A DNA stretch of 64,000 nucleotides from Eledone cirrhosa. Taxonomy: Eukaryota. The position numbers were made by a program, and so were the translations under genes. The stretch is taken from assembly GCA_964016885.1 (NCBI GenBank), contig OZ024743.1:200074001-200138000 (forward strand). Reading direction: 5' to 3'. Shown here one piece after another: positions 57,986 through 64,000 of this stretch; position 1 is the stretch's first letter; each line of letters begins with the position of its first letter. A model generated the notes under the pieces. The model did no database searches and was not told the origin of the DNA. It saw nothing but the letters and a program-made list of their open reading frames with translations.

Positions 57986-60733
57986 AGCTGCATTTATCTT
58001 GCTTTATGTTCATACGAGTTATCACCAAGTCACAACCAGTGACCTCAAGAGACAACAAGGTCCGCCATGTTCAAGAAAGAACATACATACTCCCACATGC
58101 ATCTTTAGGTGTTTAGACTTGTGATGTACTTATATTGACAGAATCTTCCTTAGTATATGGGCAGTTCCCATTAGTACTATCTTTTGTATTTCTCCTATAC
58201 GCGGGTTTCCTGGGATTTGCGATAAGTAATCATTAGACCCCTTAGGTATCATTCCTAGAGCGCCTACAACCACTGGTATTGTTTTAGTTCTCAATTTCCA
58301 CATTTTTCCAATTTCTATCTCCAGGTCCTTATACTTGCTCAATTTTTCAAATGTTTTTATAGATACATTCTTGTCTATTGGAACGGACATATCAATTAGC
58401 AGGCATACCCTCTTTTTAAAGTCCTTCAGTATTATATCAGGTTTATTTGCATCTATTTTTCGGTCTGTTTGGATGCTAAAGTTCCACGAGATTGAGATGT
58501 GATCTTTTTCAAGTATGGGAGGAGGTTGATGCTCCCACCAATTCTTTTGATGGGGCAGGTCAAAATGCTTACACATTATCCAATGTATGTATTGTGCAGC
58601 TCTGTCATGCCTGTTTAGGTATTCGGTTGGAGCTATAGGACTGCACATTGAAATTATATGATCAATGGTCTCTGGTTGTTTTTTACATACACGGTATAAT
58701 GGGCTGCATCCATTTTTTATTATGTTGGCTTGGTAATTTTTTGTTGGCAGACACTGATCTTGTGCTGATATAATCAGTCCTTCAGTCTCCGATTTCAGTC
58801 CAGAGGATGCCAACCACTGATGGGTTAAAGTTTTGTCAACATCAGGATTGTTAGCTCGTTCTGGGTATTTTCCATATAGAGGCTTTTCTTGCCATTTCTT
58901 AGCCAGTTTGTGTAGCAGTTCTTTCTTTGCAGTTACTTTTACCTGCTTTGCATTTTCTGTGTTTTCCATTTCAGCAGTGAATGGGACTTCTGAAATGTGT
59001 AGTCCATTACTGTATCTTTGTGCATATTTTGTCATGGAGTATGATCTTTTGATGCTTTCGTGTTTCAAAACGAGTTTGATCATCCAATCATGTGATTCCC
59101 TTAGATATGTAGATAATCCAATTGTTGCAGTTTTCAACGCAATGTCTAACTGGATTAACCCACGTCCTCCTTCTTTCCTAGGGAGATATATTCAATCTGT
59201 ATCTGCCTTAGGGTGATGCATTCTGTGCATGGTTAAGAATTTTCTAATTTTTGTATCGAGCCTACGGATCTCTGTGCTTGACCAGTTGATGACATTGTAA
59301 CTGTAGGTTACTACTGGTATGGCAAGCGTGTTTATGGCATCGATCCTATTCCTTGAATTCAATTCCGTTCTTAAGATTGCTCTTACTCTGCGGTAACATT
59401 CCTTCCTTATCCTTTTCCTCATTGTCGAGTGCTTGATTCCGTCTCCTTCACAAACACCTAGATATTTGTAAGTTTTTTCTTGATCAAGTTCTCTTATCAC
59501 ATTCCCCCGATCAAGATTAATGTCTGAACTTTTCAGCAGCTTTCCTCTGGTGAACGTTGCTTTGGCGCATTTATCTAGTCCAAACTCCATTTTAATGTCA
59601 TCACTGAACTGCTCCACAGTGGATAATAGCCCTTGCAATTGTTCATCATTTTTTGCAAATAGTTTCAGGTCATCCATGTAGAACAAGTGATTAATGGTTT
59701 TGTCATAGACTTTATATCCATGTTTTGTTTCATTGAGCATTTTACTTAATGGTATATGTGCGATGCAGAATAAAAGCGGTGATAAAGAGACACCCTAAAA
59801 AATTCCACAATTAATATTAACTTCTCCAGCTTCCAGTGATTTTGTTTCACTATTCAAAAGGAGTGTCGTTCTCCATGTCTTCATACTGAATGACAAAAAC
59901 CTTCTGACAACGGGAGATATTTTGAAAATCTCTAAACATTTTTCAATCCAACTGTATGGCAAACTATCGAATGCTTTTTTATAATCTATCCAAGCAATTG
60001 ATAGATTTTTGTGTCTATTATGACAATCTTCCAGTATCATTTTGTTAACCAAAAGCTGGTCCTTACAGCCATATGAGCCTCGTTTACACCCTTTCTGCTC
60101 AATGGGAAATAGGTCATTTGTTATCAGGTGGTCATATGTATATTCAGTTAGGACTGATGTTAAAATGTTATACATTGTGGTCAAGCAAGTTATCGGTCTG
60201 TAATTTTGGGGGTTGTTTGTTTCATCATTCTTCGGAAGCAGGAATGTAATGCCGTTAACTAGCCATGATGGTATCTTTTCTGCTCCTTAACTATTTCATT
60301 GTAAAGTTGGGCTAACAGCTCATGAGACTCTGGGAAGGCATTTATTCAAACATTTTGTATTTTGTCTTTTCCTGGGGATTTCCATTTGCTGGTTTTTCTA
60401 AGAGCCAAACGCAACTGTTCAACTGTTATATTTTCCCATATTTGTTCCTCAAGGTGAGCTGTATATTTCATTTGTCTGTCTATCCATGTGGCATGTATAT
60501 TATGAACTTTTTCTTCGGCCCAGATTTTTTCCCAGAATTCTTGCACTTCCTCCTTGGGTGGTATTGATTTAGCAGTTATTGTTGACTTACCAATTTTTCT
60601 GTAGAAGTTTCTTTGGTTGTTTTTGAACATATTATTGTCCTTATAGAATCTAGATCGTTTTTCAAAGCGCCTTATACGAGCAGCTATGGCCGACACGTTT
60701 TGCTTGATTATTTCTATCAGCATGTCTATGTCA
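57984..60733 (-). mobile_element. Dong/R4-clade LINE, 5'-truncated and frameshifted, (TAA)n at both ends
   Basis: WIDYKKAFDS, YMDD, RHD, NKPDI...IDMSVP, IPVVVGALG. Confidence 0.94.
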
Positions 60734-60734
60734 C

Positions 60735-60770
<36 letters not shown>

Positions 60771-61649
60771 TTATTATTGGCGACCTACGTAGTAAATCGT
60801 ATCATCGTGAGCTCCGCAAAGGTTTGTTGTTTTCGTTTGTTAAAAATTGCCATTTATAGAAAATTTTTATTGTTAACTGTATATAAGTGCACATACATTG
60901 TTTTCCGAAAAGGACACTCAAAAAGATTGGGGCCTTGAGCCCAAAATTTAAACTTTTATAATTATCAAAAAATAACTTTCTTTGAAAAAAACATGGACGA
61001 CTCACAGCCACACGAAGCTGCAGCCTTCCTCACAAACTAACACCTCAGACCCACACCACCATTGTAAATATTACTACGTTTGCCAACACTAAAAATATAA
61101 GCAGTAGCAATATTTTAAATTTGTCTCCGGCAGATATTCATTTCCTGCCATTACCAATGACTGCAGGTGTTAAAGCCGCAACCCCCAACACCACCACAGC
61201 GTCAACAGAAACAAAAGAAAAAAATAAATTAACTCGTGATATCGAAAGGAATTCAACCAAAATGAACTCTTCCACACCGAAAACCACTGACGCCACCACC
61301 ATCACAACTGAAACTAAAATTAATAATAACAAAAATAACGATAACAACAACAGCAACAATGCTTTCTTTATTAACGACAAGGGTTTACATAAAGTAGACA
61401 TTAAGGACAGTACAGGACAATACAGGACGGTACAAATGGGCATTTCTGCGTGTAAAAAAACAGAGGATGTAATAAAATTAACTATGAAAAATTCCCCAAT
61501 AGGAGGGGAGACTTCCGAGGGACATTCGTGGAGAAAGCCCATTAAAAGACCACAGTGACCCTGACCACCAGCGCAAATGCTCTCTCTCAGTTTTCCACCT
61601 TTAATTTACAGACACATACTCAGAGTAGGCCCATTCACTCGGGCCATAC

Positions 61650-64000
61650 TTGTTTCTCTCACCCATCTTTCAACAAAATGCTCTGAAACACGAGGGGACA
61701 AAAGCCGTCCAATTAGCCCAGGTGGCAGAGGCGCGACGTGGCAACAAAGCCACAATTCGGTCTTTGTCTGACCAAAACGGGTGCGTGATGCTCGAATCCG
61801 AGCGGATGTGTGAAGCTTTTCAGCAGCACTTTGCTGAACTGTTCGGGAGCAGCGGCGGCCCGGATCGGGGCATGGACTTCAGTGCATACCTCGACGGACT
61901 GCCTCGGCTCTCGACGACCGCAGCACAGTGTTGCGAAAAGCCAATAACAGCCGGTGAAATACGGGAAGCGATGGCTAACTGCACAAGGGCTAAATCGCCA
62001 GGTTTGGATGGTCTGCCCTACGAGCTTTATGCATTTATGCCAGACTTGTTCGGTGACCTCTTGGCAGACGTCTACTGCAACTGGCAGCAGAACGGGAGCA
62101 TTCCCAGTTGTGTGAGCCGGGGAGCGGTGGCGATGCTGAGAAAAGACCCGAACAAGGGGGATGTTATCGATAATTTCAGGCCCATAACCCTGCTAAACGC
62201 TGAGTTCAAGATTTTGGCCATGGTGTTAGCAACGAGGTTGGCGCTTGTCGTCAATGGTCTGGTGGGAGAGGCGCAGACATGCGCCATTCCGGACAGATCC
62301 ATACACGACAACCTCCACCTCATGCGATACATCATAGAGAGGGTGGTTAAGGAACCTGGCACGGGTGGGGCCCTGATCAACTTGGATCAATCCAAAGCAT
62401 TCGATAGGGTCGACCATCGGTACCTGGCGGCAATACTCGAGGCAGCCGGTTTCAGGCCCTTTTTCAGGGGTTGGAACGCTGCGATGTACAGCGATATCTG
62501 CTCAGTTGTGAGGGTGAACGGTCACATGTCGCAGCCGTTCAGCATCATGCGCTCAGTCCGCCAGGGTTGTCCCCTTTCGTCCCTCTTGTACGTATTGGCT
62601 CTCGAGCCGTTACTGCACAAACTGGGGGAGATGAGGGGCATCCCACGCGAACTAGGATGCGGGAAATCCGAGTTGGCTTACGCCGACGACGTCACCGTGA
62701 TGGTGTCGAGCACTAGACACGTCCAGATGCTCGGCACCACTCTCAAGGAATACGAAGCGGTGACAGGAGCAAAGATAAACCAGGAAAAGTCGGTGAGCTG
62801 GCAGCTTGGCACCTGGAGAGGCAAGTCCATGCCGTCCGGCAGCGTTGTGGGACGTTGGACGGACGGACTGGTTAAATTGCTCGGGTTCTGATTCGGACCG
62901 GACCTCCAGATGGAGAAAACCTGGAATGAGGTGACGAGCAGGGTGGCCTCCCTCACCCAGAAATGGGCCGAGCGTAAGCTGTCCCAGAAAGGCCGGGCGG
63001 AGGTGGCGAATGCGTACATCGCATCCGTCATCTGCTACCGCCTCACCGTCGTCCCTTGCTCCGGCCCAACTCTCACTAAAATGGAGCGCCTCCTCTTCCG
63101 CTTTTTGTGGAAGGGACGCGCTCCCATGGTCAGACGATCCATCTGCTGTCAACACCCGTAGCATGGAGGACTGGGCATGCCATGGCTGATGATGCGCAAA
63201 CATGCGCTGAGGCTGCGACATCTCTGGTGCTTCCTTGATGATAAACAGGTGTGGTCGCCGTTCGCCAGGCACGTTTTCGCACAGCTCGTCTCCTTGACGG
63301 AGCTGCAGTCCTGGGTCAGAAAAAGACGGAGGGATAGCGCTAGGAAACTGGAATGTCTCCAGGCGCTCACTGCCCTCTACAGCTGGGCACCAGTATTGCT
63401 GGAACATCCATCTCGACGTTCTATAGAGGACTAGCGGAGGGGAAGAACGACGACATTCTCGGAGAGATCCTGGGCGTCGAAGAAGATCAGCTGTTCGCTC
63501 TCTTCCGGAGAACTTTCAGCCGGGGCCTATGGATAACTTCCAAAAATCCCTGGCCTGGCAGTGCTACCGGGGAGCGCTGCCGGTTCGAGATAAGCTCTAC
63601 AGGCACGGAAGTGCCGTCAGCCGAGCCTGTCCGAGATGCGCGCAGAGCGACGAAACCGTCGTGCACGCACTCGTTCAGTGCCCGAACATTGCTGACTTGT
63701 GGAGCTATATCGAACAGTTGCTGTCGCGTGTAGGACTGATCCGGTTGTCGACTGAGTCCATTGTGCAGATGGTCTCGCCGTCTTCCTTCGAGGAGGAAGG
63801 GCAGGCGGTTTTCATCTGGCTGGTGGCCATGGCGAAAGAGATTGTGTGGTGGACAAGGTTAAAAGGGTTAAAGACAGACACTTTCCTCTTCGGCAATACC
63901 TAATTAACTTTTTCAAGTTTCACTTGAAGAGGGTGGAGAGGCAAGTGCTGCCTTCTAGCAAGTTTGTTGAAAGGTGGGTGAATGTAGCGAGAATGGTCCG
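61650..64000 (+). pseudogene. Tx1/L1-clade LINE ORF2 remnant (stops near 62889 and 63159, frameshifts), running off the window
   Basis: KSPGLDG, FRPITLLN, LDQSKAFDRV, RQGCPLS, YADD and CPRC motifs; paralogue of 3611-5471. Confidence 0.93.

Noticed and set aside
61121-61558. 145-aa Thr/Asn-rich ORF upstream of the Tx1 remnant
   Set aside because: Low complexity with no recognisable domain. It might be an ORF1 remnant but this is unsupported.

Overview
Eukaryotic, AT-rich, microsatellite-saturated repeat DNA with no recognisable host gene. The SINE and microsatellite style suggests an octopus or other cephalopod, which is an inference. Almost all ORF-track entries are translations of (TA)n/(CA)n. 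The real coding remnants are retroelements: a near-intact CR1-type LINE (28090-31997), two Tx1/L1-type LINEs, several R4/Dong-type restriction-endonuclease LINEs, RTE fragments and three Penelope-like elements (RT plus GIY-YIG). tRNA-derived SINEs, a Tc1/mariner-type MITE and a hAT-like element are also present. The main unannotated signal is non-coding: reading by eye I find about 20 complete or degenerate type I hammerhead ribozyme motifs (stem I-CTGANGA-stem II-GAAA-palindromic stem III-UH-stem I') from roughly ten sequence families. They sit in short elements fused to (TA)n tracts, either as circularly permuted 428-483 bp partial tandem repeats (retrozyme-like) or as tails-out fold-back palindromes. 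In several of these palindromes the inversion axis falls inside ribozyme stem II. All structures were paired by hand, with no folding software or database search.
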